Part shown: positions 29,818 to 39,289 of the stretch, in pieces
How positions within the stretch are numbered: the stretch's first letter is position 1
How the letters are laid out: each line of letters opens with the position of its first letter
Assembly: GCA_965218695.1 (NCBI GenBank)
Contig: OZ244651.1
Coordinates: 1-64,000, forward strand
Direction of reading: 5' to 3'
DNA: 64,000 bases
Source: Nitrosopumilus sp.
GTDB lineage: Archaea; Thermoproteota; Nitrososphaeria; Nitrososphaerales; Nitrosopumilaceae
Notes under the pieces: generated by a model
What the model was told of the DNA's origin: nothing
Seen by the model: only the letters and a program-made list of their open reading frames with translations
The model's database searches: none
Position numbers and translations under genes: made by a program

Positions 29818-31634
29818 TGGACAGTCACTGTAACAAACTTGCCCACGGCAACCTCAGGGGACTGCACTCCAAGCAGTACCTTGTATGTGCCCGGTACGGC
29901 ATCATCAGAGGCGGTGATATCTACGGCAGTCGAGACCTCTCCCCCGGGGAGGAGTTTGGCGGCATCAAGGCCTGCCGCGTGCCCGACGGTGATAAAGTCG
30001 TGCGTGCCTGACAGGACCAGCGATCCGTCGGCGGCGGCACCCTCTGACATGCTGATCACCTGCAGGTCGACAGTGGCAGCATCGCCCGGGGAGAGGATCA
30101 CCGTCTGCTTGTCTGTCCGTATGTCAAATGGAAGCGGGACGGAGGTGTCCACCACTCCGATGTTGTTTTCCACCCATTCTGTAAACCAGATGTTCTTGCC
30201 GTGTATGGCAAAATCAAATATCTGTGCAAGGCCGCAGTCGGCTGCCAGGGTGCCGTCCCCAAGGGCACAGTCGGCCCAAGAGGGATTCTTTGAGGGGACA
30301 TGGTACTCCACAAGCGTCTGGAGTGCGGGATTCATCACCGAGATGTTGTTTGAGTTTTGGGAGTTGAAGACGAGGTTTCCTGTATCGTCGGCCTGGATCC
30401 AGTACGGGCGGGATATCGGGGACTTGACGATGCCGGTGTGGTTCCCGTATGTGCTGGGAAGCGGGTCGGCAGTGACATACTGGGTGAACCGTTCCGTAGC
30501 GGGATCAAAGCTGTAAAATGACGAGGACGTGGTGTCTGCAAGCCACAGGGTTCCGTCGGCGGTAAAGGCAGCCCCGTTTGGCGTAAGCATGTTTTCTGGA
30601 AATGCAAATATCTCCATAAAGAAGGACGCCGGGAATTGTATGTTGTCAGGGTTTGCAACAGACTCTGCATATCTGTCCTGATCAAACTTTGTCAGCACTC
30701 CGCCTGACTGCAGGGACCAGGTTGTAAACCACACGTTGTTGTCCGGATCAACTGCAAAGTCTGCAGTCTGGGTGTTGTTGAAGGGTGACGGGACGTCGAT
30801 GTATCTTATCTCCCCAGTGTCCGAAGACGGGGTCAGCAGCGTGAGCTTGTTGCCGGTAAAGTCGTTTATTATTATCTGGGAGCCGTCGACGACAAGCCTC
30901 TGCGGAAGGGAGTCTGCCTCGGACGGATATCCCAGCCTCTCATACTGCCCGCTTGCAGGCGAGAACCTCCATACGGAGTCAGAGGTGTCATCGGTGTACC
31001 AGACATAGCCGTCAGGGGAATAGTCTGCCCCCCACATCATGGAGCGCGTGCCAGGCGGCCACACCGGGTTGTCATACTCGGTAAACGTCTCCGTAACAGG
31101 ATCAAACATTGCCAGGCGGCCCATGTTGGTCTGGGCAAACCAGACGTTTCCATCATAGTCGGTGACGATTCCCAGGGGATTCGTGCAGGCAGTCGGAATG
31201 GAGAACTCTTGGACATAGTCTGTCGATCTTGCAATCGAGGATCCGCAAAACTGCGGGCGCTGCTCATTTGTGTAATAGTATGCTGGGGTAAGATCATCGG
31301 GGGTTGCCTGTTTCAGGTCGCAGATATCCTCCAGGGAGTCAGGGGTGCAGGGGAGGGAGTCATCGATGCTTTCAGAACTCCGCCAGATGCTGTACTCGGC
31401 ATATCTGTCCGAGATGGTGAGGCTTTCGATGTCTGCCTGTTCTTGGAGCCAGACGCGGTACAGGTATCTTTCTATCTCCCAAGGGGTGAGGCTCTGGATG
31501 AATGTCCGCTTCTCGTCTAACGGATCGATTCCTTGGATGGCAATTGTCACACCGGAGGTCACCATGAGTCCGCCCAGGAATAGAAATGCAATTATTCCCT
31601 TGGTTCTTCTCTTCACAGAGCCCACTGGGCTCAT
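29814..31634 (-). CDS. virginiamycin B lyase (Vgb)-like beta-propeller surface protein
   Basis: N-terminal TM; repeated DGNVWF/DGYVWY/NNVWF/DGTLWL propeller blades; Ig-like C-terminus. Confidence 0.8.
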   Translation of the reverse strand: MSPVGSVKRRTKGIIAFLFLGGLMVTSGVTIAIQGIDPLDEKRTFIQSLTPWEIERYLYRVWLQEQADIESLTISDRYAEYSIWRSSESIDDSLPCTPDSLEDICDLKQATPDDLTPAYYYTNEQRPQFCGSSIARSTDYVQEFSIPTACTNPLGIVTDYDGNVWFAQTNMGRLAMFDPVTETFTEYDNPVWPPGTRSMMWGADYSPDGYVWYTDDTSDSVWRFSPASGQYERLGYPSEADSLPQRLVVDGSQIIINDFTGNKLTLLTPSSDTGEIRYIDVPSPFNNTQTADFAVDPDNNVWFTTWSLQSGGVLTKFDQDRYAESVANPDNIQFPASFFMEIFAFPENMLTPNGAAFTADGTLWLADTTSSSFYSFDPATERFTQYVTADPLPSTYGNHTGIVKSPISRPYWIQADDTGNLVFNSQNSNNISVMNPALQTLVEYHVPSKNPSWADCALGDGTLAADCGLAQIFDFAIHGKNIWFTEWVENNIGVVDTSVPLPFDIRTDKQTVILSPGDAATVDLQVISMSEGAAADGSLVLSGTHDFITVGHAAGLDAAKLLPGGEVSTAVDITASDDAVPGTYKVLLGVQSPEVAVGKFVTVTVQ

Positions 31635-31664
31635 ACTGTTAATATCTCTTCAAGAGGATGGCAG

Positions 31665-33209
31665 GTATGAATTCACCTGCCCCTTATATCAGTCGACCAA
31701 CTTCTTCGGCCACGCTCTTGCCATGTGCCCTCCACGTGAGGACGCACGTGACAAAATCTGCAAGGCGCTTCATGGCCTTGGAGCCGCCCTTGGTCTGCCC
31801 GCTTATCTTGCGGAACACCACCAGGTAGCGCAGCGCCCTCTCGCTGGCGTTGTTTGTAGGCTCGACGCCGGGATGCTCCAGGAACGCAAACATGCGGTGC
31901 AGGTGCCTCTCGAGCTTGTCCAGCACCTTTTGCATGTCGTCATCGTCACCACCACCACCGGCATCGCGGTACCGGTCAAGCACGTCCTGCATGGTGCGGT
32001 TCATCGTATGCCGCAGCTGTGGCGAGCGCGCCTCCTGCGCGGCCAGCAGTTTTGCCCTCTCAAACACCCACTTGTGGTCCTCGTGGAGCTGCTGCTGCCG
32101 CCGCCGGACACGTTTGGTCTCGGGAGGCACGGCGCAGTATTTTTCTGCCAGGTGCCTTGTCTGCCGGAGGTCGTGCGCCCAGCACGACTGGTGCATGCCG
32201 TCCTTGTCAAACCTGTCATATCCGGTGTACCCGTCAGTTATCGCCACCCCGTCAAATTTGTCCATGGCATCGAGCATGAGCGTGGCCCTGCTCTGGCTGA
32301 TGTTTATTGCGATGTTTTTGCCCGACTGTGCCACGTTTGCGTGTACCTTCTGGCCGTCGTTTCGCCAGCTGGTTTCGTCAAACCCGGCACAGTCAGAAGC
32401 CTCCACTTCCCCGAGGATCCTGCCTGCCTCGTGGCCCGAGGCGTCCCCGACGCGTGCCATGATGTTGTTGACGGTGGATCCTGCAAGCATAATGCCCGTT
32501 ATGGAGCGCACCGCGACCGAGATTCCCTTGAGCGGCACCCGTGCCGCGCGCAGTTCTGAGACGAGTCCGACCATGCCCTTGCCGAAGTTGCCCCGCCGCG
32601 GCAGGTCGTTTGGAGCATCTTCCCTGCGGCCGCATGAGCCGCATACTGCAGTCTCCACGCGGTGCCGCGTCTCGCACGCAGTCACCCTGATGTCCGTGAT
32701 GTCCCGCACGCGCGGACTGCCAATCGCCATCCGGCCGCCGCCGCCGCCGCACCCGCATTCCGGGAGCACCGGCACCCGCCTCCTGCCCGACTTCCTGCGC
32801 CCGAACCTGTGGGATACGGTCCTTTCCGGGTCGTGGGGGCGCGACGCCCCCGCGTGTCCCTTTCTTCCCCCGCGCTTGGATTTGCCCTCCTTTTCCTGTT
32901 TTTTTGCCCGCTCCCTCTTCTGGGCCTTCCATTCCAGGGATTCAGATGAGGGCGGCGTGTTGGGGTTTGTATAGTATGTCATGAGGCGTTCGCTGTACCC
33001 CAAGGCCCTTTCAAGACGTTCTATCCTGCCAAGTGCCTTCTCAAGATCGGATTTGAGGGTGGCAATCTCCCGGTTCCGTGCTAGGAGTTCCTCTTTTAGC
33101 TGGTCCCTGCTCATGTGCCGTGAATTTACCATGTAAAGTGATGTGTATTGCCAGCATATGGATCAGTATGATCATTTTTTTGTGACAGGAAGGACAGGTG
33201 AATTCATAC
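31665..33209 (-). mobile_element. IS66-family element, copy 1 (1545 bp)
   Basis: TIR GTATGAATTCACCTG(C/T)CC; 8-bp TSD GATGGCAG (31657-31664, 33210-33217). Confidence 0.95.
31684..33132 (-). CDS. IS66-family transposase
   Basis: NTPPSS, GGRKGHAG, FDETSW, ITDGY, QSCWAH, TNNASERALR. Confidence 0.93.
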   Translation of the reverse strand: MVNSRHMSRDQLKEELLARNREIATLKSDLEKALGRIERLERALGYSERLMTYYTNPNTPPSSESLEWKAQKRERAKKQEKEGKSKRGGRKGHAGASRPHDPERTVSHRFGRRKSGRRRVPVLPECGCGGGGGRMAIGSPRVRDITDIRVTACETRHRVETAVCGSCGRREDAPNDLPRRGNFGKGMVGLVSELRAARVPLKGISVAVRSITGIMLAGSTVNNIMARVGDASGHEAGRILGEVEASDCAGFDETSWRNDGQKVHANVAQSGKNIAINISQSRATLMLDAMDKFDGVAITDGYTGYDRFDKDGMHQSCWAHDLRQTRHLAEKYCAVPPETKRVRRRQQQLHEDHKWVFERAKLLAAQEARSPQLRHTMNRTMQDVLDRYRDAGGGGDDDDMQKVLDKLERHLHRMFAFLEHPGVEPTNNASERALRYLVVFRKISGQTKGGSKAMKRLADFVTCVLTWRAHGKSVAEEVGRLI

Positions 33210-33298
33210 GATGGCAGGACGCTAGGTTCGGGATCTGCCCGGGCACACGTCACGGGGGATCGGATTGCATGAGGAGGGGGGATGAAGGGAGGGGGCGG

Positions 33299-33652
33299 TC
33301 AGAGGAGCTTGAGATCTCCAGTAACCCTGTCTATCATGTCCTCGGGGGCGGGTCCTATCGAGATGCAGGTAGTCGTGCCAGGTGCCAGCTGGGTGTGTCC
33401 GGCATCGCTCACCTCGGACCAGGGCAGGTTCAGATCGATTGCATGCGTCCGTATCTGGTGCAGTTCCTTGAGGCTTGACACCTTCAGGACCACCTTTTCC
33501 TGCGACCCCCACCAGGCTGCATGCCAGTCTGGGTGGGATCTTCGGACGTGCTCTGCGCCCATGACGCACGCATGCCCGACCTGCGCTGCTATCTTTCCGC
33601 GCCCCATGCCGAGGTCGGTCCGCACCACTATTACCTGTTTGACTTCCCCCAT
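33299..33652 (-). CDS. pth2: peptidyl-tRNA hydrolase Pth2
   Basis: KQVIVVRTDLGMGRGKIAAQVGHA, DAGHTQL, IGPAP. Confidence 0.96.
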   Translation of the reverse strand: MGEVKQVIVVRTDLGMGRGKIAAQVGHACVMGAEHVRRSHPDWHAAWWGSQEKVVLKVSSLKELHQIRTHAIDLNLPWSEVSDAGHTQLAPGTTTCISIGPAPEDMIDRVTGDLKLL

Positions 33653-33702
33653 ACGGTAATGAGACATTGCGCCCGTTGAAAAACTTTGAGTTAAGGGTTC
33701 TG

Positions 33703-34501
33703 CTAACTTGGCGGGAGCTCGAGAGTCGTGTTAACTTTCGTAAGCTGTTTGCCGCTTGATTCTGGCACCTTGCCAGAATCCGTCAACTGATCCGCATCGA
33801 CTGAAGGTTCCACCACGAGACTTGTCCTCCCATGGCTCACTCTCACCATCGCTTCACTTGCGGATCCTACGTGCCCGACCTCCAGGCCTCGCACGAGGAT
33901 GTTTGCACTCGCGTTTTTATCACGATCCACCGTGATATTTCCGACAGGGCATCGCATCACTCGGCGCTCTTCGGTGATCATCTTTCCACCACATGCCGCG
34001 CACTTTGAGCTTGTGCCCCTTGGATTTACCAATATTGAGACGTCACCGTTGGCTTTTGCCTTGTAGTCTATCTGCCTTCCAAGTTCGTAGTAGCCCCAGT
34101 TCTTGCCACGAAAGTTGGCATTCTTTCCCCACCTGCCGGGATTGTCATACAGTTTTGTGATTCCCACCAAGTCTTCCCTGGCCGGGACGTGTCCTGACCT
34201 GGTGATCTTTTTGCTTGTCTTGTGGAGGATGTCCAGGGTTTTGTTTCTTCCCAACCTGCCGTACTTGCCTGCTATCTTTTTCCTGATTCTATGGTCATTC
34301 CGTCTGAAATGGGATAACGGTTTCCCTGCATTCTTGTTTTATCTTGCCGACTTTTGAGAGGTCGTGCATGAGCACGATGCCGTCCGTATCACATGTGGTG
34401 ACGTTGTCAAAATTCATGTCTATGCCCATGTATCCTTGGGCCTGCCTTTTCCCCACCTTTCTTGAATAGGCCATGATCAACTTCTTTGGCGTGATCGTTA
34501 T
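33703..34501 (-). pseudogene. tnpB: TnpB (IS200/IS605-type RNA-guided nuclease) remnant: 5'-truncated and frameshifted
   Basis: GIDMN (RuvC-I), EDL (RuvC-II), TSSKCAACG, DRDKNASANI (RuvC-III); frameshift near 34315; cut at the MITE at 34502. Confidence 0.85.
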
Positions 34502-34699
34502 GGCTCTGGTAAATTTAGGTGATCTCTACCGTTCCCCGTTCAAAAGTGTGGTTTAAGATCTACCGATTCGGCCCAACATATTTCGTCAGGGAATTCAAAA
34601 ATGTTATGCCCCCAATAATGCTGTTCAAAAAGTGAGCTGGCCACACCCGCACCTTGGTGGTAGATTTCGGTAATCAGATCACTAGAATTTACCGGAGCC
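34502..34699 (+). mobile_element. MITE-A copy 1 (~198 bp, IS6-like GGCTCTG ends)
   Basis: TIR GGCTCTGGTAAATTTAGGTGATCT / AGATCACTAGAATTTACCGGAGCC; homologous to 39290-39468 and 40379-40581; no TSD. Confidence 0.85.
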
Positions 34700-34811
34700 G
34701 ATGCAAGTCCGGGGAAGGAAACAGAACGGCAATGGCCCACAGTAGGATTGGATACGATTTGACATGGAAGCACCTTGTGGACGTTTGGACACATATGGTT
34801 ACAACAGAGCC
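34700..34811 (+). mobile_element. right-end remnant of an IS6-family element
   Basis: Ends ...ACAACAGAGCC (reverse complement GGCTCTGTTG, as in IS6100-type ends); reads GNRTAMAHSRIGYDLTWKHLV, resembling a transposase C-terminus. Confidence 0.5.
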
Positions 34812-34841
34812 ATTGTTTATGATAAAAAAATATAAAAGAAT

Positions 34842-35476
34842 TTAGAGGGTCGATACTATTTGTATCAGGTCGGATAAACCATAAGCAGATGAAACTAACT
34901 CTATCTGAGTCCTGCCATTATGGAAGATCAGTTTTGATGTCTTTCCCTGCTCAGGAATACCCTCCACGCCAATGGCATTAGAATCATTTACCATGACACT
35001 TTGCGTGTTTGGTCGTTCCTTCAGGACATCTCTGTACCATTGCTCAATATTGAAATCATCACGTTCTTCGTTGTATAGTACGATAACCCCTAGGAATCCA
35101 TCACGTCGGCAAACGTCTCAAGTCGGTCATAATCTATAGAACCTGGTCCATAAATTACCGTGGTCAGCCTTGTCTTTTCTGATGCGGTTCCCTTAGTTAG
35201 CAGTGCTTTGACTTCCAAACCGATTGGAAGTGACGTGGATTCTGCTACATTGCTATCAGTTCTTGCAGATAACGCCTCGATGTTTGGGGATGGCGTTCCA
35301 TACATTTTTTCCAGGCTGAAAGAACTTGGCGCTTTAAAAGCAAGCGATTCAGAATATTTTCCCAAATAGGGCAAATTCTGTGTTTGTATGATATCTTCTT
35401 GCATCCAAGCAAAACCTATGCTGGCAATTCCGACTGAAAGCACCAGTGCAATAACCAGACTTTTGTTTTTTAGCAA
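34842..35476 (-). pseudogene. secreted hypothetical protein, frameshifted near 35092
   Basis: Signal peptide KNKSLVIALVLSVGIASIGFAW; coding continues in another frame (LGVIVLYNEE...IVSTL*) to 34842. Confidence 0.6.
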
Positions 35477-35571
35477 GCCCCAGAGCCCCCTATGCAGACC
35501 TTTATGTTTTTGTAAGCAGGGGTTCTCCTGCATCATCGGTTGGTGACACAAAATCAGGATCTTCTCCAGAT

Positions 35572-35748
35572 TCACTCGTCTGGCCTGCGCACCATTATGT
35601 CATCACCGGAAATGACAAACTTTAGTTTGTCGGGATTGCCAAGCATTTCAAGTATCGGTTTTGGTATGTAGCTGTAGTTTGTCAGACGCTTCTCGTTTTT
35701 GATCACAGAAACGGTAAATTCCTTGGCGTCTTTGGCCCACTGGGTCAT
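35572..35748 (-). CDS. AbrB/SpoVT-like small DNA-binding protein (58 aa)
   Basis: Manually translated MTQWAKDAKEFTVSVIKNEKRLTNYSYIPKPILEMLGNPDKLKFVISGDDIMVRRPDE*; IPKxI..LG swapped-hairpin signature. Confidence 0.75.
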   Translation of the reverse strand: MTQWAKDAKEFTVSVIKNEKRLTNYSYIPKPILEMLGNPDKLKFVISGDDIMVRRPDE

Positions 35749-35819
35749 GAATTTTTTTTAGCTGCCTGTTATTTAAGACTGGTAGAAAGATCTATGTAAT
35801 AATACCAATTGGTTTATTT

Positions 35820-36965
35820 ATGAACAGGGCAAAACGCGCCAAAACGGCGGCAAGGCAGGGACAGGTGATCAGCAACGACCCAAAGCAGGTGAGGATGACA
35901 AGTCTCAGACGATGGAATGTGGCATCGCAGTCTATTCCAGGACTGTGGTATCTGGTGATTCTTGGCTCTGCCGGGTTTGTATGCGCGTGCCAGCATTACG
36001 TCAATTGTGACGGCCTGTGCAAGCACGTGCGGGCAGTGGACGTGTTGCTTGGCCGGATGTGGGACCGGTGCAGGAACCAAAATACAATTGTCATTAGCAT
36101 GCCTCAGACTGCATGCCACCATTGCAAGTCGACTGTGTTTGCACGCAACGGGCACCGACACAACGCGTACGGGCCGATCCGGCGGTACCGGTGTAAGCCG
36201 TGCGGCCGGACATTCTCCGGACGGCCGGGCTTCAAGAAGCGCCATGCCGGCCCAGAGGCGATATCCCGGGCACTCAGGGAGGCAGCGTACGGGCTGTCCT
36301 GCGCTGCGGTGCAGGCAGTGATGGCACAGGACGGAACAACCGTGCATTCAAGCACGATATACAGGTGGACTGCACATTATTCGACGCTGATGGATGAATA
36401 TTCAAGGCGGCTGCAGCCGCGCACGAGCTACAAGTGGCACTGCGACGAGATACATTTCAAGGTTCGCGCGCAGGCGCGGTGGCTTTTTGCCGTCATGGAC
36501 GGCGCCAGCAGGTTCATACTGTCCCATGACGTGTCTGAGACAAAACTCAACTACAGACCCGCCCCCCTGTTTGCAGCCGCAAGGAATCTGGCCGGAACCA
36601 CCCCGTGGGTGCTGGTAACAGACGGCCTGCAGGCGTTTTGTCCTGCCGCCCGCAGGGCGTTTTGGAGACGCAACGGCTTCAGGCTGATCCACGTCCGGGA
36701 GATTCACCTGAAGAACCGCTTCAGTCATAACAACAAGCACGAGAGGCTTAACGGCGAATTCAAGGATCGCATCAAGACCGCCCGCGAGTTCGGGACAGAA
36801 AGTCCCGCGCTTGTGCGGCTGATGATCGTCCACCACAACTTTTTCCGCCCCCATGGCGGCATTGGCAAAATTACACCCGCAGAGGCCGCAGGGATCGTCA
36901 TATCTGGAACGGACAAGCAGATCACCCTCATCAGTAATGCAGCAGCTGCTGCTGCAGCAGCGTAG
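35820..36965 (+). CDS. IS6-like DDE transposase with N-terminal SWIM finger and zinc ribbon
   Basis: CACQH...CKHV (SWIM); CHHC...RYRCKPCGRTF; HSSTIYRW HTH; WHCDE, VTDGL, NNKHERLNG, HNFFRPH, TPAEAAGI. Confidence 0.88.
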   Translation: MNRAKRAKTAARQGQVISNDPKQVRMTSLRRWNVASQSIPGLWYLVILGSAGFVCACQHYVNCDGLCKHVRAVDVLLGRMWDRCRNQNTIVISMPQTACHHCKSTVFARNGHRHNAYGPIRRYRCKPCGRTFSGRPGFKKRHAGPEAISRALREAAYGLSCAAVQAVMAQDGTTVHSSTIYRWTAHYSTLMDEYSRRLQPRTSYKWHCDEIHFKVRAQARWLFAVMDGASRFILSHDVSETKLNYRPAPLFAAARNLAGTTPWVLVTDGLQAFCPAARRAFWRRNGFRLIHVREIHLKNRFSHNNKHERLNGEFKDRIKTAREFGTESPALVRLMIVHHNFFRPHGGIGKITPAEAAGIVISGTDKQITLISNAAAAAAAA

Positions 36966-37008
36966 TCGCAGCAGCAGCAGTAGCAACGGCAGCTGTAGCA
37001 ACGGCAGC
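36938..37008. repeat. imperfect (GCA)n microsatellite spanning the transposase stop
   Basis: Produces a poly-Ala C-terminus and continues past the stop codon. Confidence 0.85.
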
Positions 37009-37228
37009 GACACACGTAGCCCAGACTGGCCTTGGCGTGATGGATGTCCCATCAATGCATGTCATGGCAATGACTGGGATTATCCATCACAACTGGCAGA
37101 TTCTCCCTAGAGGAATTATGATTTAATGGGGAATGGCATAACGGTGCGTAAAACAGGCAAGTAAATCTGGAGAAGATCCTGAATTTGTGCCACCAACCGA
37201 TGATGCAGGAGAACCGTAAGCAGGCGTA

Positions 37229-38773
37229 GTATGAATTCACCTGCCCCTTATATCAGTCGACCAACTTCTTCGGCCACGCTCTTGCCATGTGCCCTCCACG
37301 TGAGGACGCACGTGACAAAATCTGCAAGGCGCTTCATGGCCTTGGAGCCGCCCTTGGTCTGCCCGCTTATCTTGCGGAACACCACCAGGTAGCGCAGCGC
37401 CCTCTCGCTGGCGTTGTTTGTAGGCTCGACGCCGGGATGCTCCAGGAACGCAAACATGCGGTGCAGGTGCCTCTCGAGCTTGTCCAGCACCTTTTGCATG
37501 TCGTCATCGTTACCACCACCACCGGCATCGCGGTACCGGTCAAGCACGTCCTGCATGGTGCGGTTCATCGTATGCCGCAGCTGTGGCGAGCGCGCCTCCT
37601 GCGCGGCCAGCAGTTTTGCCCTCTCAAACACCCACTTGTGGTCCTCGTGGAGCTGCTGCTGCCGCCGCCGGACACGTTTGGTCTCGGGAGGCACGGCGCA
37701 GTATTTTTCTGCCAGGTGCCTTGTCTGCCGGAGGTCGTGCGCCCAGCACGACTGGTGCATGCCGTCCTTGTCAAACCTGTCATATCCGGTGTACCCGTCA
37801 GTTATCGCCACCCCGTCAAATTTGTCCATGGCATCGAGCATGAGCGTGGCCCTGCTCTGGCTGATGTTTATTGCGATGTTTTTGCCCGACTGTGCCACGT
37901 TTGCGTGTACCTTCTGGCCGTCGTTTCGCCAGCTGGTTTCGTCAAACCCGGCACAGTCAGAAGCCTCCACTTCCCCGAGGATCCTGCCTGCCTCGTGGCC
38001 CGAGGCGTCCCCGACGCGTGCCATGATGTTGTTGACGGTGGATCCTGCAAGCATAATGCCCGTTATGGAGCGCACCGCGACCGAGATTCCCTTGAGCGGC
38101 ACCCGTGCCGCGCGCAGTTCTGAGACGAGTCCGACCATGCCCTTGCCGAAGTTGCCCCGCCGCGGCAGGTCGTTTGGAGCATCTTCCCTGCGGCCGCATG
38201 AGCCGCATACTGCAGTCTCCACGCGGTGCCGCGTCTCGCACGCAGTCACCCTGATGTCCGTGATGTCCCGCACGCGCGGACTGCCAATCGCCATCCGGCC
38301 GCCGCCGCCGCCGCACCCGCATTCCGGGAGCACCGGCACCCGCCTCCTGCCCGACTTCCTGCGCCCGAACCTGTGGGATACGGTCCTTTCCGGGTCGTGG
38401 GGGCGCGACGCCCCCGCGTGTCCCTTTCTTCCCCCGCGCTTGGATTTGCCCTCCTTTTCCTGTTTTTTTGCCCGCTCCCTCTTCTGGGCCTTCCATTCCA
38501 GGGATTCAGATGAGGGCGGCGTGTTGGGGTTTGTATAGTATGTCATGAGGCGTTCGCTGTACCCCAAGGCCCTTTCAAGACGTTCTATCCTGCCAAGTGC
38601 CTTCTCAAGATCGGATTTGAGGGTGGCAATCTCCCGGTTCCGTGCTAGGAGTTCCTCTTTTAGCTGGTCCCTGCTCATGTGCCGTGAATTTACCATGTAA
38701 AGTGATGTGTATTGCCAGCATATGGATCAGTATGATCATTTTTTTGTGACAGGAAGGACAGGTGAATTCATAC
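37229..38773 (-). mobile_element. IS66-family element, copy 2 (1545 bp)
   Basis: Same TIRs as 31665-33209; own 8-bp TSD CAGGCGTA (37221-37228, 38774-38781). Confidence 0.95.
37248..38696 (-). CDS. IS66-family transposase
   Basis: Identical to 31684-33132 except GGGGDDDD vs GGGGNDDD. Confidence 0.93.
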   Translation of the reverse strand: MVNSRHMSRDQLKEELLARNREIATLKSDLEKALGRIERLERALGYSERLMTYYTNPNTPPSSESLEWKAQKRERAKKQEKEGKSKRGGRKGHAGASRPHDPERTVSHRFGRRKSGRRRVPVLPECGCGGGGGRMAIGSPRVRDITDIRVTACETRHRVETAVCGSCGRREDAPNDLPRRGNFGKGMVGLVSELRAARVPLKGISVAVRSITGIMLAGSTVNNIMARVGDASGHEAGRILGEVEASDCAGFDETSWRNDGQKVHANVAQSGKNIAINISQSRATLMLDAMDKFDGVAITDGYTGYDRFDKDGMHQSCWAHDLRQTRHLAEKYCAVPPETKRVRRRQQQLHEDHKWVFERAKLLAAQEARSPQLRHTMNRTMQDVLDRYRDAGGGGNDDDMQKVLDKLERHLHRMFAFLEHPGVEPTNNASERALRYLVVFRKISGQTKGGSKAMKRLADFVTCVLTWRAHGKSVAEEVGRLI

Positions 38774-39038
38774 CAGGCGTACATTGTGTTATGGATCCTT
38801 CATTTACATCATCCTCCACACTGTCAATGCCCAATAACTCCGTATTGGCTAGTATGGTCATTAATGTTATATGCAAGGATTATGAGCATTTTGTCAATGT
38901 GTATATATTAACATTCATTCCAACAACTTTCTCTTGTGCGCGTATTCCTCTTCGGCTATCTCGCCGTTGACAAACTTTCTTTAACAGATCGAGGTGCAAC
39001 TACCGTTGCTGCTGTACCATTGTGGATGTGTTTTTCCG

Positions 39039-39160
39039 TTACTTGGACTCCTTTGCCTTTTCGCGTATAATCTCGTACATCTTCTCCGCCTTCTCCTTCT
39101 TGTACGTCTCTGCCCTCACGGCCTTGGCCACGTCGCTGACGCGCTCCCGGGATACGGGCT
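39039..39160 (-). pseudogene. 3' fragment of a gene truncated by MITE-B
   Basis: Reads PVSRERVSDVAKAVRAETYKKEKAEKMYEIIREKAKESK* with host-like codon usage, starting exactly at the MITE end. Confidence 0.5.
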
Positions 39161-39281
39161 GGCTCTGTTCAAATATGGTGATCTCGTTTTAGAACAATTA
39201 ATTCTGCAAGATTCTCGAGAAGATCCGTATAGATAACTTTTAAACAGTAAATGTCCCAACTCACCATAATTGAACAGAGCC
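39161..39281. mobile_element. MITE-B (121 bp, GGCTCTG ends)
   Basis: TIR GGCTCTGTTCAAATATGGTGA / TCACCATAATTGAACAGAGCC. Confidence 0.8.
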
Positions 39282-39289
39282 CCAATCTG

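Larger units (their letters stand above)
35521..37215 (+). mobile_element. IS6-related element with ~85-bp TIRs, divergent AbrB-like gene and SWIM-DDE transposase
   Basis: TIR GGTTCTCCTGCATCATCGGTTGGTG...; 9-bp TSD GTAAGCAGG (35512-35520, 37216-37224). Confidence 0.88.

Noticed and set aside
34494-34819. 34502-34811 as one element with a TSD
   Set aside because: Flanks ATCGTTAT and ATTGTTTA do not match; treated as MITE-A plus a separate IS-end remnant.
31665-38773. Composite transposon formed by the two identical IS66 copies
   Set aside because: Each copy has its own distinct TSD (GATGGCAG vs CAGGCGTA), so they inserted independently.
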